Shown here: one piece after another, positions 46,000-56,646 of the stretch
Layout: the number at the start of each line of letters is the position of its first letter
Position numbering within the stretch: position 1 is the stretch's first letter
From: a virus
Length of the DNA: 64,000 bases
Virus record (IMG/VR): IMGVR_UViG_3300035665_000004
Span: 1 to 64,000 of that record
Direction: 5' to 3' (one strand)
Position numbers and translations under genes: made by a program
Notes under the pieces: generated by a model
Told to the model about the DNA's origin: nothing
What the model saw: the letters and a program-made list of their open reading frames with translations, nothing else
Databases searched by the model: none

Positions 46000-46503
46000 A
46001 TGGGTATGTTTGACACATTTTTAGATAATAACGCAACAGTTATATGTCCCGCATGTGGGGAAAAACACAACATGCAAAAAGGAGTTCAGTCCAAACAATT
46101 TCAGAATATACTTGACTATTACTATGTTGGTGATATGGTTGATGATACTGAAAATATTTCAGTGATCGAAGATTGGGATTGGTGTCATGTTTGTAACGAA
46201 CAAATAACATTATTCTTTTCCTTCAAAAATAGCATTTTTTTAGGTATTTTCCAAACAGAAATTTCAGCAAAATTTGCAAATGATAATGCAAACATATATG
46301 AATTATATAAAAAATTATTTAATCAGAAGACAGAAATATCAACTCGGGTTAAAACATTAGAATCAAAAATCAGAGAAACGATATATGTTCATGGTGAAAT
46401 ACAAAAAAAGAAAAATTTTCAAATGTTTCATTTTAATCATAACAGATTTATTGATTTTGATATAATAAAAACCTTGAAAAATATTTTAATTGATGATGAG
46501 TAA
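46000..46503 (+). CDS. zinc-ribbon phage protein
   Basis: MGMFDTF...CPACG...QSKQF...YYVGD...CHVC. Confidence 0.8.
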   Translation: MGMFDTFLDNNATVICPACGEKHNMQKGVQSKQFQNILDYYYVGDMVDDTENISVIEDWDWCHVCNEQITLFFSFKNSIFLGIFQTEISAKFANDNANIYELYKKLFNQKTEISTRVKTLESKIRETIYVHGEIQKKKNFQMFHFNHNRFIDFDIIKTLKNILIDDE

Positions 46504-46530
46504 CCACCATCAATTTTTTCTGTGTTCCAT

Positions 46531-47658
46531 TCAATACATCTTTTTCAATCCTGTAGATTTCAATTGAATTTTCAATTTCATATTTGAAAAATCAGAGACA
46601 AATCCGGACATAATCCTATCATACGTTTCCAAAATTCCATTTTTAAGTATAGATTCGGAAACATCTTTGATATTAGTTCCAAACTTTGGTAACGATACAA
46701 ACCAATTTGATTGTTTTTCTTTAAATATGATTTTACCCATTTCACCACCCTTTAAATCTTTATCAAATTTAGTTATTGTATCGTTATCCAAAACAAAAAC
46801 TAATTTTTTATTTTGGAAATTGAAATGTTTCAAAATCTCCAACTGTTCAGTTGTTATATTTTTTGAAAGAACAGCCATACCATTTAAATGTATAGCATCA
46901 TTGATGGATTCGGTTACAAATATCTGTTTTACATCTTCAGTTTTAAATAATTTATCCAATCCATAGATTATTGTCCCTCTATTGTTGAAATTTTCATTAG
47001 ATGGTGGATATAAATATTTATTTTTAGTAGGAAATAAAGCTCTTGCTGCCCAGCTTACTAATTTATCATCAAAATAAATTGGAAAAATTAACCGATTATT
47101 ATATTCACCAACCATACAAATATATAAATCTGTGGTTTTGTAGATTTCACTCAACCCACGCTCTTTTAAATAAGCCTTAACCTTACTTTTATTATCTTTA
47201 AATCTTTTGCGATACGCAGGCGAAACTTTTGATGAATGTAAATCATATTTTATCGATACATCCGGTAATTCCACTTCTTTATAATTTATCAATTCAAAAT
47301 TATCAGAACCCACCTCGGATTTAATATCCTCTTGGTCTTTTAAACCGGAATTTAGAAATATTTTCTCTTTTTTTATTTCGAGTAAAATACTACCCATTTT
47401 TTTCCAAGCAGATTTTGATATGAAGGTTGCGAAGGTAGTAAGGTTATTACCATTAAAACGATGTTTTTTACTACAATTAAAACATTGCCAACCAATCTCA
47501 TCATTTGAAAATAAAAAATGTGATCTAGGATTTCTTGATTTACCATCATTACAATATGGACAACCAGTTAAATTTTGCCTCCAACCTTTCGATGACAATG
47601 TTCCCAATCGAAAATATCTGTCGACAAACGCTTCTTGTTTAAGGCCGTAATTTATCAC
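46531..47658 (-). CDS. DNA primase (T4 gp61-like)
   Basis: CPYCND...CFNC zinc finger; RLIFPI; TOPRIM FVTESINDA, VLDND. Confidence 0.88.
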   Translation of the reverse strand: MINYGLKQEAFVDRYFRLGTLSSKGWRQNLTGCPYCNDGKSRNPRSHFLFSNDEIGWQCFNCSKKHRFNGNNLTTFATFISKSAWKKMGSILLEIKKEKIFLNSGLKDQEDIKSEVGSDNFELINYKEVELPDVSIKYDLHSSKVSPAYRKRFKDNKSKVKAYLKERGLSEIYKTTDLYICMVGEYNNRLIFPIYFDDKLVSWAARALFPTKNKYLYPPSNENFNNRGTIIYGLDKLFKTEDVKQIFVTESINDAIHLNGMAVLSKNITTEQLEILKHFNFQNKKLVFVLDNDTITKFDKDLKGGEMGKIIFKEKQSNWFVSLPKFGTNIKDVSESILKNGILETYDRIMSGFVSDFSNMKLKIQLKSTGLKKMY

Positions 47659-48004
47659 TTATTTCACCAAACCAATTACTAAGTTTTGTTCTAATGTTTT
47701 TTTTGTACATTTCTATTTTTGAATCTTTGATGAATTTATTTTTAATAACTTTGGATGCAGTTATATCAAATTTTATTTTTTCACCATTTATTTCATTTTC
47801 AAAAGTAATTATGCCAGTTTTAAATTGCCACCCACTGATTGAATATTTGTAAGTATTAATATAAAACCATCCAAACCTATTTAACGTGCCAGTTTCTTTT
47901 TTAAAATTTTCATGTGCAAATACATTGTTTGAGTCTATGCTCCAGGTTTTTAAACTGGCTATCAGTTTATCAAGATTAATAATATCATTTTTATCTCTTA
48001 ACAT
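47639..48004 (-). CDS. hypothetical protein
   Basis: ORF track, overlaps the primase start. Confidence 0.7.
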   Translation of the reverse strand: MLRDKNDIINLDKLIASLKTWSIDSNNVFAHENFKKETGTLNRFGWFYINTYKYSISGWQFKTGIITFENEINGEKIKFDITASKVIKNKFIKDSKIEMYKKNIRTKLSNWFGEISDKLRP

Positions 48005-48317
48005 TACTACCCCATATTTTAATTAGTTTTGAATTGGAATCACTTCCCATAATAGTTAAAGTAAGTTCAGGTCTATCATTTTCAAAATTAGATATTAACC
48101 TATTTTTCGCAAAATTATTTAATATATCGACAGAAACAGTTATTCTATCATCATTAATAATACTATAAAAATGATCATCCGTTAAACTTGACATGAGAAT
48201 TATAGCCAAAACCTTACCATCAAACTCATTATAAAATTTTGATATATTTTTAATTTCCAAACATTTACTGTGTGGTAAAGCATCTTTCTGTATTTCTAAC
48301 ACAAAAATAGTAGTCAT
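47991..48317 (-). CDS. hypothetical protein
   Basis: ORF track. Confidence 0.7.
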   Translation of the reverse strand: MTTIFVLEIQKDALPHSKCLEIKNISKFYNEFDGKVLAIILMSSLTDDHFYSIINDDRITVSVDILNNFAKNRLISNFENDRPELTLTIMGSDSNSKLIKIWGSNVKR

Positions 48318-48319
48318 GA

Positions 48320-48772
48320 TTAATACATTATGTTATGTTGAATTTTATGAATATCGATAATACTTTTTACTTTCCAATCAAACGAGGATAATTCCTTCTC
48401 TTTAGACTCTAATGATTTAATTGTAACATTAATTTTGTCTAATAATTTTTTATTATCAACATATTCGGGAAATTTTTTTATTTCTCTTTCATAGTCTTTA
48501 TGGGTTTTTAACAATTCGGGGAATCCATCATATTCACTTGCAACATTATGGATTTCAATGGCATACCAATTATCAAATGCTATTTCTAAATCAGCATGTG
48601 ATAATCGAAGTTTAAATATAATTTTCGTTAATTTGGCGTGGTGATAATTAGCTAGAGCAATTTTTTCTTGTATTTCCTCTAGTTTGACTTTTGGATCGAG
48701 TGAAAAATCTAAAATTTCTGTCAACTCGTATATTTGACTATCCGTTAAGATTTCTTTAAGAAAGGTTAGCAT
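48320..48772 (-). CDS. UvsY-like recombination mediator
   Basis: size, helical character and C-terminal FDWKVKSIIDIHK resemble T4 UvsY. Confidence 0.5.
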   Translation of the reverse strand: MLTFLKEILTDSQIYELTEILDFSLDPKVKLEEIQEKIALANYHHAKLTKIIFKLRLSHADLEIAFDNWYAIEIHNVASEYDGFPELLKTHKDYEREIKKFPEYVDNKKLLDKINVTIKSLESKEKELSSFDWKVKSIIDIHKIQHNIMY

Positions 48773-48828
48773 TAAAATTCCTCATATTTAATTAAGATAT
48801 GAGGAATTTTACAATTTTTTTGCCGATT

Positions 48829-49164
48829 TTATTCTTGTGAGAAAAATGTTATTTGCAAATCATCCAACTCAAAACCATAAGCGGTAGATGCTTTTTCGAG
48901 ATCAAATAACGAATAATCGCTGCTCGACTTAATTCTTCTAATTTCTACCAACGCATTGTTTTTTAAATAAGTTTCAAAAGCACCAGCAAGGAACGAAACC
49001 TCAATACCATATTTTTCAGCAACGCCCGTAATTATATCAATATTTAAAAGTGCTGGTTTGTATTTCGTATTAATTTCAGTAACAGCATCTTGAAATTGTT
49101 TGGCTTCTTTGTGTAATTCAAGTGTTGTAGATACAACAGTTTCTTTTTTTCTAAACATAAACAT
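48829..49164 (-). CDS. hypothetical protein
   Basis: AGGAG RBS. Confidence 0.75.
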   Translation of the reverse strand: MFMFRKKETVVSTTLELHKEAKQFQDAVTEINTKYKPALLNIDIITGVAEKYGIEVSFLAGAFETYLKNNALVEIRRIKSSSDYSLFDLEKASTAYGFELDDLQITFFSQE

Positions 49165-49283
49165 AGTTAAAACTCCTGAGTTTTTAATTATTAAGCATTT
49201 TTATTTATTTATTCGTTTTTTACATTTGTTTAAAAATTTTGTAAAATATACTATATACAGTAACAATCTTTAAAAGGAACATT

Positions 49284-50645
49284 ATGAGCCTCAATTCTTC
49301 TATTTTTGAAAAACCGAGTTGTAAATTTAAATTTTTGCAAAGAGAAGGTTTCAATACACCGAACTACTATGAGCTGTTAACATCAGATGATGTTTTGAGA
49401 GTATATCGGGATTATATGATTTCAAAAAGAGACACCCTGAGCTATGATATTGATGGATTGGTTCAAGAAATCGATGATTTTGATGCACAAAAAGAATTGG
49501 GATTTCAACCAAATGGGTTAATCCCAAAATTTGCAACATCAATAAAATTTGATAGTATGGGTGCAGTTACTAAATTAATAGATGTTCGGTGGACTGTAGG
49601 TATGACGGGCAAAATAATCCCTACTGGAATTTTTGAACCTATTGATGTTATGGGTGTTACTATTACCAAAGCATCACTTCACAATTTTGAATTATTGGAT
49701 ACTCTTATAAACAAAGATGGTTTGCGTATCGGTTCAAAAGTTTTAATTTGTAGAAAAGGTGATGTAATTCCTCAGGTTGTATCCGTAATACCTGACAAAG
49801 AAAAAAAACCTTATATCCAAATACCAGCCGAATGTCCCGAATGTGGAGAAACACTAAATAGATTTTCTGTTAATTTAGTTTGTGATAATATTGCTTGTTC
49901 TGCAAAAACAAAAGGCATTTTCACAAATATGTTTAGTACGTTAGATATTAAAGGGTTAAGTGATAAATTTGTTGAAAAAGCCACTGAAGTTTATGACATT
50001 ACAACCATCGATGAATTAATGAATTTAACAGTGGATGAAATTGAAAAATTGCCAGGGTTCGCAAAAAAATCAGCACAGAAGGCATATGATACTATCCACT
50101 CAGTTACGGATGTAACACCAGAACAATTCTTTGCATTATTAAATATACCAAATCAAGGAGTTCGAGTATTCGAAAATTTATTTTCGCAATTCCCAATGGA
50201 AAAATTACTAGATAACTCCTTCAAACCAGAAGATATTTTAGACACTAAAGGTATAGCTGAAAAATCTGCAAACGCTATTCACACTGGAATACAATCAAAC
50301 CTTGATAGATTGCGTGAAAACGCAAAATGGTTCACCATAATTAAAAAAGATGTGGTGACATCACCGGAAAATCACAAAGCCGCGATGATGGGTAAAAGTT
50401 TTTGTATTACTGGAACATTAAACTTAGGGACTAGAAAAGATTATGAAACCTTAATTTTATCTTCGGGTGGTAAAATATCAGCAGTTACAAAAAATTTAGA
50501 TTTCTTAGTTACCAATGATGCTGATACATCATCATCAAAAATGAAAAAAGCGTTAGAAATAAATTCAACCCTACACAATAACGGAGTTGATAAAAAAATC
50601 GTGATAATTGATGAAAATCAATTACGTAATATTTTAGAAATCTAG
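49284..50645 (+). CDS. ligA: NAD-dependent DNA ligase, C-terminal portion (split gene)
   Basis: DIDGLV, PKFATSIKF, OB fold VGMTGKIIP/ASLHN/GDVIPQV, Zn finger CPEC..C..C, HhH, BRCT; no KxDG adenylation motif. Confidence 0.88.
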   Translation: MSLNSSIFEKPSCKFKFLQREGFNTPNYYELLTSDDVLRVYRDYMISKRDTLSYDIDGLVQEIDDFDAQKELGFQPNGLIPKFATSIKFDSMGAVTKLIDVRWTVGMTGKIIPTGIFEPIDVMGVTITKASLHNFELLDTLINKDGLRIGSKVLICRKGDVIPQVVSVIPDKEKKPYIQIPAECPECGETLNRFSVNLVCDNIACSAKTKGIFTNMFSTLDIKGLSDKFVEKATEVYDITTIDELMNLTVDEIEKLPGFAKKSAQKAYDTIHSVTDVTPEQFFALLNIPNQGVRVFENLFSQFPMEKLLDNSFKPEDILDTKGIAEKSANAIHTGIQSNLDRLRENAKWFTIIKKDVVTSPENHKAAMMGKSFCITGTLNLGTRKDYETLILSSGGKISAVTKNLDFLVTNDADTSSSKMKKALEINSTLHNNGVDKKIVIIDENQLRNILEI

Positions 50646-50671
50646 TTTAAATACCTTTATGGAGTTAAAAA

Positions 50672-51163
50672 ATGGAAAATCCCGAAGTATATGAAGCAGA
50701 ATTAAATTTGGATAATTTTAGTGTTACTGAGGAAAAATCAGATGATCAACAAATGACTGATTTACAAATTTATGGAATTAACTCGGCAACTGTTAGATTA
50801 TTAAGTAAATTGCGAAAATATATTATATTAATCCAACTACAAATAGATTTAGTTTCAAAACCTCAAAGTATTCAACCAGTTATGAGAGAAATCTATCAAT
50901 ATTCTGAAACTCAAATGATCATGGATATTAGAGAAGAATTGGATATGTATCGCGTGTATGCTTCAGATAGAATAGTAATCAAAAATGTAATGCATGTACG
51001 TGAAAAATTTGAACAGGCAATAAGTTATGTTACCGAAAACATGCAAACTGTAGAATCAGTAATCGATAAAAGTTATATCGAAATATTAGATACTTTCATA
51101 GATTCACTACATCAATTAACAGATAAATTAACAAAAAAATCCATTTTATCCGACCAGTATTAA
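50672..51163 (+). CDS. hypothetical protein
   Basis: GGAG RBS. Confidence 0.75.
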   Translation: MENPEVYEAELNLDNFSVTEEKSDDQQMTDLQIYGINSATVRLLSKLRKYIILIQLQIDLVSKPQSIQPVMREIYQYSETQMIMDIREELDMYRVYASDRIVIKNVMHVREKFEQAISYVTENMQTVESVIDKSYIEILDTFIDSLHQLTDKLTKKSILSDQY

Positions 51164-51223
51164 TTAAATTTATTTGGTATAATAAATTTTTAATTTTAAA
51201 AAAACAATCACAGGATTATTAAC

Positions 51224-52189
51224 ATGAGTAATTTGCGAAATAGATTATGGGTAGCAAAATATGCACCTACAAACTTTGATGATACTATCATGCCTATAGA
51301 AATAAAAGAAAAAATGCAAAATTTTGTAAAAACCCAGGATATTCCTAATCTATTACTTGCAGGACCGCCCGGAACTGGCAAAACCACATCTGGACATGCA
51401 TTATTACAACAATTGAAAGTTGATAAAGGTGATATTATGTTTATCAACGCTTCAGATATTAACTCAGTTGATGCAGTTCGAAATATTATAACTCCATTTG
51501 CAATGAGCATGAGTATTAATAATGAATTACCAATTAGATTTATTTTTTTAGATGAAGCGGATCATCTTAGTCCACAAGCTCAAGCTGCTTTAAGAAATTT
51601 AATTGAAGCAACATATAATAGTGCGAGATTTATTTTAACTGCAAATTATCCTAAAAAAATTATTCCGGCATTACACAGTAGAGTACAAACTTTTGTTTTA
51701 GAAAAACCTGCACTCGATTCAATTTTAGAAAGAGTGTTAAATATTCTCGAAAGTGAGGAAGTAGAAATAGAATCGGAAGATGATTTGGTTTCATTAATTC
51801 GAAATAATAGCACTGATATTAGAAAATTAATTCAACTGTTACAACAAAATACAATCATCAATGGAAAATCTAAGATTTTAAGAGTTAAAACTAAGCAAGA
51901 TGCGTGTAGTGAAACATTTGTAGAATATATTAACTTATTTAAAAAGAATGATGGTAAGGCATTACGAAATTTAGTATTCACGGCATTCACAGATAGTGAT
52001 TGTGACGAATTTTGGTCGTTATTCATTGATGATATTATCAAAAATAGCTCAACATATGAGAATATTGGAGCTGGTATAGATAATACCATTTATCATCTGA
52101 ATGAGGGACAAAAAAACCACGAAGTTGTTGCAAACAAACAATTAAATGTGTTAGGATTTACATTGGCGGCATTAAATGTTGGTGCATAA
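51224..52189 (+). CDS. sliding-clamp loader ATPase (T4 gp44/RFC-like)
   Basis: LWVAKYAP, GPPGTGKTT, INASD, FLDEADHL, LHSR. Confidence 0.92.
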   Translation: MSNLRNRLWVAKYAPTNFDDTIMPIEIKEKMQNFVKTQDIPNLLLAGPPGTGKTTSGHALLQQLKVDKGDIMFINASDINSVDAVRNIITPFAMSMSINNELPIRFIFLDEADHLSPQAQAALRNLIEATYNSARFILTANYPKKIIPALHSRVQTFVLEKPALDSILERVLNILESEEVEIESEDDLVSLIRNNSTDIRKLIQLLQQNTIINGKSKILRVKTKQDACSETFVEYINLFKKNDGKALRNLVFTAFTDSDCDEFWSLFIDDIIKNSSTYENIGAGIDNTIYHLNEGQKNHEVVANKQLNVLGFTLAALNVGA

Positions 52190-52405
52190 ATGAATACCGA
52201 TTTGGTAAATACCACTTTAAATTATATACAACTTTTCTATGGTAATGGTCTTTTATTTTTTGTTTTTTCCGCAATAATAGTTATTTTTATTCGCAGATTT
52301 TTTTCTGTGAAGAAAGAAACAATAATAGTTTTAAATACTAAACGGATCGCACAGGAATATAAAAAAAAATTAGATGAAGAGTCAAAAATTAATAATAAAC
52401 CATGA
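52190..52405 (+). CDS. small membrane protein
   Basis: single TM segment. Confidence 0.65.
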   Translation: MNTDLVNTTLNYIQLFYGNGLLFFVFSAIIVIFIRRFFSVKKETIIVLNTKRIAQEYKKKLDEESKINNKP

Positions 52406-52464
52406 TTTATCGATTCACAACTTAGAATTTTGACAATTTTAATAACCCAACAGGATTACAAACT

Positions 52465-53076
52465 ATGAAATATATCAGTATCGATTTAGAAACTACGGGA
52501 CTAGATGAAAATAACTGTCAAATTATTGAATTTGGTGCGGTTTTAGAAGATACCAATAATATTCTACCAATGGATGAACTGCCGGTGTATCACGCATATG
52601 TTACACACCCAGACGGTAATTTATTTGGCAACGTATTTGCGTTGAATCTCAACGCAGGAATTATTGAAAAACTGAAAAATCAAAAAGAATTACAAGATTT
52701 ACACAACTATGTTCCCATTGAAGATTTAGCATTTAGTTTTATGTTTTGGCTTTATGAACAGGGGTTTCAACTAAACACAAAAAATGAGGGATTAGAAACC
52801 GAATATAAAAGTGTTGAATCTATTACCGTTGCTGGAAAAAATTTTTCAGGATTTGATAAGTTGTTTCTGAATAAGGTTCCAAACTGGAACAAATACATCC
52901 GTATGAGAACCAGAGTTTTAGATCCTGCAATTTTATTCATCGATTGGAAAAATGATAATGCACCACCATCACTCGATGAATGTAAAATTAAAGCCGGAAT
53001 TCAAGGGGTTGTGACTCATCTTGCAGTTGATGATGCGAAAGATGTTATCAAATTATTGAGAACTAAATATGTCTGA
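52465..53076 (+). CDS. DEDDh 3'-5' exonuclease (DnaQ-like)
   Basis: ISIDLETTG, GKNFSGFD, THLAVDDA. Confidence 0.9.
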   Translation: MKYISIDLETTGLDENNCQIIEFGAVLEDTNNILPMDELPVYHAYVTHPDGNLFGNVFALNLNAGIIEKLKNQKELQDLHNYVPIEDLAFSFMFWLYEQGFQLNTKNEGLETEYKSVESITVAGKNFSGFDKLFLNKVPNWNKYIRMRTRVLDPAILFIDWKNDNAPPSLDECKIKAGIQGVVTHLAVDDAKDVIKLLRTKYV

Positions 53077-53329
53077 AATTCCAACAGAAAACAATAACTA
53101 CTTTACATTTGCAACTCATAATTATTCTATTCTAACTGAAAAATTTTTACAGGAATTATATGAGTCTTATCCAGAAAAAATAGTTGTTTTGCTCAATGAT
53201 GAGTCTGGCAAAATTAGTAAATTGTCGTTGAACAATTATATAATGACATATTCTGTAACACCCGATAGTTTTGACCCATTATTGTTTAATAAATACATTT
53301 CGACAATCCGAGAAATATTCCGGAACTAA
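53069..53329 (+). CDS. hypothetical protein, YPEK paralog 1
   Basis: YPEKIV...LNNYI...DSFDPLLFNKY. Confidence 0.75.
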   Translation: MSEIPTENNNYFTFATHNYSILTEKFLQELYESYPEKIVVLLNDESGKISKLSLNNYIMTYSVTPDSFDPLLFNKYISTIREIFRN

Positions 53330-53334
53330 AAAGA

Positions 53335-53547
53335 ATGAAACCCACAACTAGTTTAGATTATTTAGATGTTTTTATTTCAGATTTGAGTTTTCAATATCCA
53401 GAAAAATTACTACAATTAAATGAGTATATAGAGTACAAAGTTTCGTTAAATTATTTCATAATTAACAATTCAATTGATATTCATACTTTCAACCCAACAG
53501 TATTTAGAAAATATGTTCAAAGTTTACATAGAGATGGAAGAAAGTAA
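53335..53547 (+). CDS. hypothetical protein, YPEK paralog 2
   Basis: YPEKLL...LNYFI...HTFNPTVFRKY. Confidence 0.75.
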   Translation: MKPTTSLDYLDVFISDLSFQYPEKLLQLNEYIEYKVSLNYFIINNSIDIHTFNPTVFRKYVQSLHRDGRK

Positions 53548-53549
53548 CT

Positions 53550-53891
53550 ATGATAAGTAGTAGTAGTAATATTTGTCTAAATATAAATCAAAAAACTATT
53601 TTTGATGATGTTTTTGATAATGTGTTTATTCAAAACTTAGAAAATGTGTATCCAGAAAAGTTGGTATATCTTTTCGGATTAGTATTTACTCTAAAACATT
53701 TAGAGTATTTTTTAGAAAAAAACTCACTAACAATTGATAGTTTCAACCCAATTGATTTTGAAACATTTTTAAAAACTGGAATACCACTACCACCAACAGT
53801 TGGTGATGTTCGAATTGATTCTTACAAAAACATAGTATATGTCTATGCTAAGAATGATAAATCTAAAAATTATGAATGGGTTAAAATTTAA
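53550..53891 (+). CDS. hypothetical protein, YPEK paralog 3
   Basis: YPEKLV...LEYFL...DSFNPIDFETF. Confidence 0.75.
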   Translation: MISSSSNICLNINQKTIFDDVFDNVFIQNLENVYPEKLVYLFGLVFTLKHLEYFLEKNSLTIDSFNPIDFETFLKTGIPLPPTVGDVRIDSYKNIVYVYAKNDKSKNYEWVKI

Positions 53892-53926
53892 CGGTTGTGG
53901 ATTAAACTGAATCCACAACCGTTAAA
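53887..53926. terminator. terminator between convergent genes
   Basis: 17-bp stem tttaacggttgtggatt/aatccacaaccgttaaa. Confidence 0.85.
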
Positions 53927-53931
53927 ATAAA

Positions 53932-54660
53932 TTACAACCAGTTTGGTGTTTCATAAGATTTAATAATAAACCTAATGGGATGTTTTTCAGTTAATTGAAT
54001 CTTAACTCTATTTTCATCTAATAAAATTAAAGGAACAACATCTTTTTTCCAGTAATCGACACCCTCTACATCATCCAAAACATAAATTGTTGCATCAATA
54101 TCATAAGATCTCATATTATGTTGAATAATATATTCCAACTTTGGTATATCAGCCCCTAATACACCTACCGCAATAGAATTAAATTCTGCATCTAAATATT
54201 GTTGTAATGATCTACCAATATACTCATATACAGTAATAGTTACTTCACCGACAGGGGGTGTATTTTCAAATGATACTACCCCATTTGCATAATCAAATAT
54301 CCAATTAGATTCATGTGTGGTTGGAATTTTATCACCATTAATAAACAACTTCACAGTATAATTAATTCCGTAAGATGGTGGAATAAACCCTTTTATCTTT
54401 TCATTATTCTCATCAACAGCATACCATGATTTTCTACCTTGCACAGTTTTATCTTCAACCAATGATAAAAATACACGAGGATTGATAATAGATGTTTCAA
54501 CTGAAGGTGGTAAAACCGGAACTTTATCTACCCAAATTTCTTTAGCATGTTGAAAGAGGATAATTCCATCATCCTCTTCATACCATTTTTTACTATTCCA
54601 GGTATGCTGTTTTCCAGATAATTTCTTTTGAGAAAAATTAATTTTGGTACTATCTAGCAT
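53932..54660 (-). CDS. putative virion structural protein
   Basis: WIFDYANGVVSF motif; co-transcribed with the late gene. Confidence 0.6.
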   Translation of the reverse strand: MLDSTKINFSQKKLSGKQHTWNSKKWYEEDDGIILFQHAKEIWVDKVPVLPPSVETSIINPRVFLSLVEDKTVQGRKSWYAVDENNEKIKGFIPPSYGINYTVKLFINGDKIPTTHESNWIFDYANGVVSFENTPPVGEVTITVYEYIGRSLQQYLDAEFNSIAVGVLGADIPKLEYIIQHNMRSYDIDATIYVLDDVEGVDYWKKDVVPLILLDENRVKIQLTEKHPIRFIIKSYETPNWL

Positions 54661-54663
54661 GAT

Positions 54664-56646
54664 TTATCTCCAATTCTCAGAAATTTCTTCAATTTCAGTT
54701 ATTATACATTTATTCGTTTTCAATACAATTTCAATCAAATAACCAAAATCAGATTGTACGGTTGATAATGTTCCTACAGTCCAGGGACATTCGTATCCAG
54801 TTGTAGTTTTTGATATTGTGGCTGCACATCCAGTACCATCAACGGTAAATTCCTCTGTAAACTCAAGGGTATCAAACAATTTGTTAATATTCAACCAACC
54901 AGTAATACCAGGAAATTTAATATGTACGTCAAAATCAATACCAATTATATTTTCAGTAGTTATCTTCAATACACCGTTTGAATTTGGTTTATTATTAGCA
55001 TATATTCTTCTATAATAATACTGTGGACTAGTTGACAGTGATGAATAATCGGTGTTTATGTTATAATCGATAAAATTTGATTTTGCTCTTATTAACGAAC
55101 CCATATATTGTTGTGCATTTCCAGTTTTCAAGTTTGTGGTAGAATCCCACGTACCTACAGTGTTACTACTAACACTCGTAGAGTCATTTTGGTTAATCAC
55201 ATTAATGTTGATTCTATACTCCTCATCAACAAAAGTTTCTTTTAACGGTGTTGAATTGCCTGTCGATGGGTAAGTATCTATTAAAATTTTATGAACCAAT
55301 GTATCAGATGGACCCCATCCAGTGATAGGTTTACCAGCCTTAGCTGTAATGGTAACGTTATCAGCGAAAGTTGAAGGTGAATCATAAGAAATAGTATAAC
55401 CCACTAAACTAAATTCATGATTCCATAACGGAACTTTTAAACCTTTCATAGTTGACTTAGTGGAATTCCATTCAAGGAGATCGTGTGTTGACCCATCCAT
55501 TTTAATAGAAATTGGTTTATCCCAATAAGTATAAGTGAAAACATTTTTAGCCACATAATCAAATACAAATGAAATTTTAGTATTTAAAAAAGGAATTCCA
55601 GATAAAAATTTAGGTATTCCACTTTTTGAATTAAACCCATTAATTTTTGATGATGGTGGCACACTATTTGGATCATAAAACAACTCCATTGTATTTGTTT
55701 TGAACGGTGGGGTTGGTATCTCTGCATTAACATCGGTTATATCGTGCTCAACTCGAAAAGTGTGTCTTCCCGGTGAAATATTACAGTTTATAATTCCCGA
55801 ACCACATTGCCATCTTTTAAAATCATTATATCTTTCAATTTTAGTTATTATCAATGATCCAGTTGAACTCTTATATTTTTCTTTATTTGGATTTGCATTG
55901 ATAGATAGTGGATTACCATCAAAATCATGTGTGTCTTGCTTTATTGTGGGGTCATATCCCTGTGTAACACCAAAATAATCTCGGCTTGGTTCATTGAACA
56001 ATCCATATAAATCTACCCCTGCATCAACCAGAACTTCATCAGAATATACAACGATTTTCCCTTTATCTGCCTTACCAAATTGGCGTTGTAACTTCCCTTT
56101 AGTTACTGTACCGTCAACAGGTAATGTTGCCTTTACATTCGATGAACCAATAATATATGAAATCTCATCACCTGCGGAGACACCATTTAAATTTATTTTA
56201 TCAGGAGCTGTATCTGTCAGCGATGAGATTTTGCCAACATATTGTTTTTGTTCAATTAAAACCAAATCACCTCTAAGCATAGTTGCTGCAGGTGGTGCTA
56301 AATCTTTCAACGCCTCATTAACATCATCCATGGCATCTGAAATTTTAGTCTGTTCGGTAAAATCAAATAAGCCGTCGGGCCAATAACCACCATCCTTGGT
56401 TGGACCTAATGCGTCAACACCAACTACTCTAACTTCCATTTCTTCAGGTTTAACTGGTAAACCTGTTGTTTTATCCAATTTTAAAAAAACACCTTGTAAC
56501 TTTCCAATAGAGGTATTAAACCAAAAACGTCCTAATTTCCATTCTTTTTCTGCTGGAACAGTATCTAAATTTTCGGGAACAAGATTTTTAATTTGTGCAT
56601 TTGGACTTAACCGTAAATGTTGCTTCAATTTAAACTCAGCAGACAT
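54664..56646 (-). CDS. putative virion structural protein (~660 aa)
   Basis: TATAAATA late promoter at 56681-56688; GGAG RBS before ATG 56646. Confidence 0.65.
   Translation of the reverse strand: MSAEFKLKQHLRLSPNAQIKNLVPENLDTVPAEKEWKLGRFWFNTSIGKLQGVFLKLDKTTGLPVKPEEMEVRVVGVDALGPTKDGGYWPDGLFDFTEQTKISDAMDDVNEALKDLAPPAATMLRGDLVLIEQKQYVGKISSLTDTAPDKINLNGVSAGDEISYIIGSSNVKATLPVDGTVTKGKLQRQFGKADKGKIVVYSDEVLVDAGVDLYGLFNEPSRDYFGVTQGYDPTIKQDTHDFDGNPLSINANPNKEKYKSSTGSLIITKIERYNDFKRWQCGSGIINCNISPGRHTFRVEHDITDVNAEIPTPPFKTNTMELFYDPNSVPPSSKINGFNSKSGIPKFLSGIPFLNTKISFVFDYVAKNVFTYTYWDKPISIKMDGSTHDLLEWNSTKSTMKGLKVPLWNHEFSLVGYTISYDSPSTFADNVTITAKAGKPITGWGPSDTLVHKILIDTYPSTGNSTPLKETFVDEEYRININVINQNDSTSVSSNTVGTWDSTTNLKTGNAQQYMGSLIRAKSNFIDYNINTDYSSLSTSPQYYYRRIYANNKPNSNGVLKITTENIIGIDFDVHIKFPGITGWLNINKLFDTLEFTEEFTVDGTGCAATISKTTTGYECPWTVGTLSTVQSDFGYLIEIVLKTNKCIITEIEEISENWR

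Noticed and set aside
49170-49284. Frameshift or sequencing error explaining the missing ligase N-terminus
   Set aside because: Upstream is an AT-rich promoter gap and a divergent gene, and the fragment has its own RBS.
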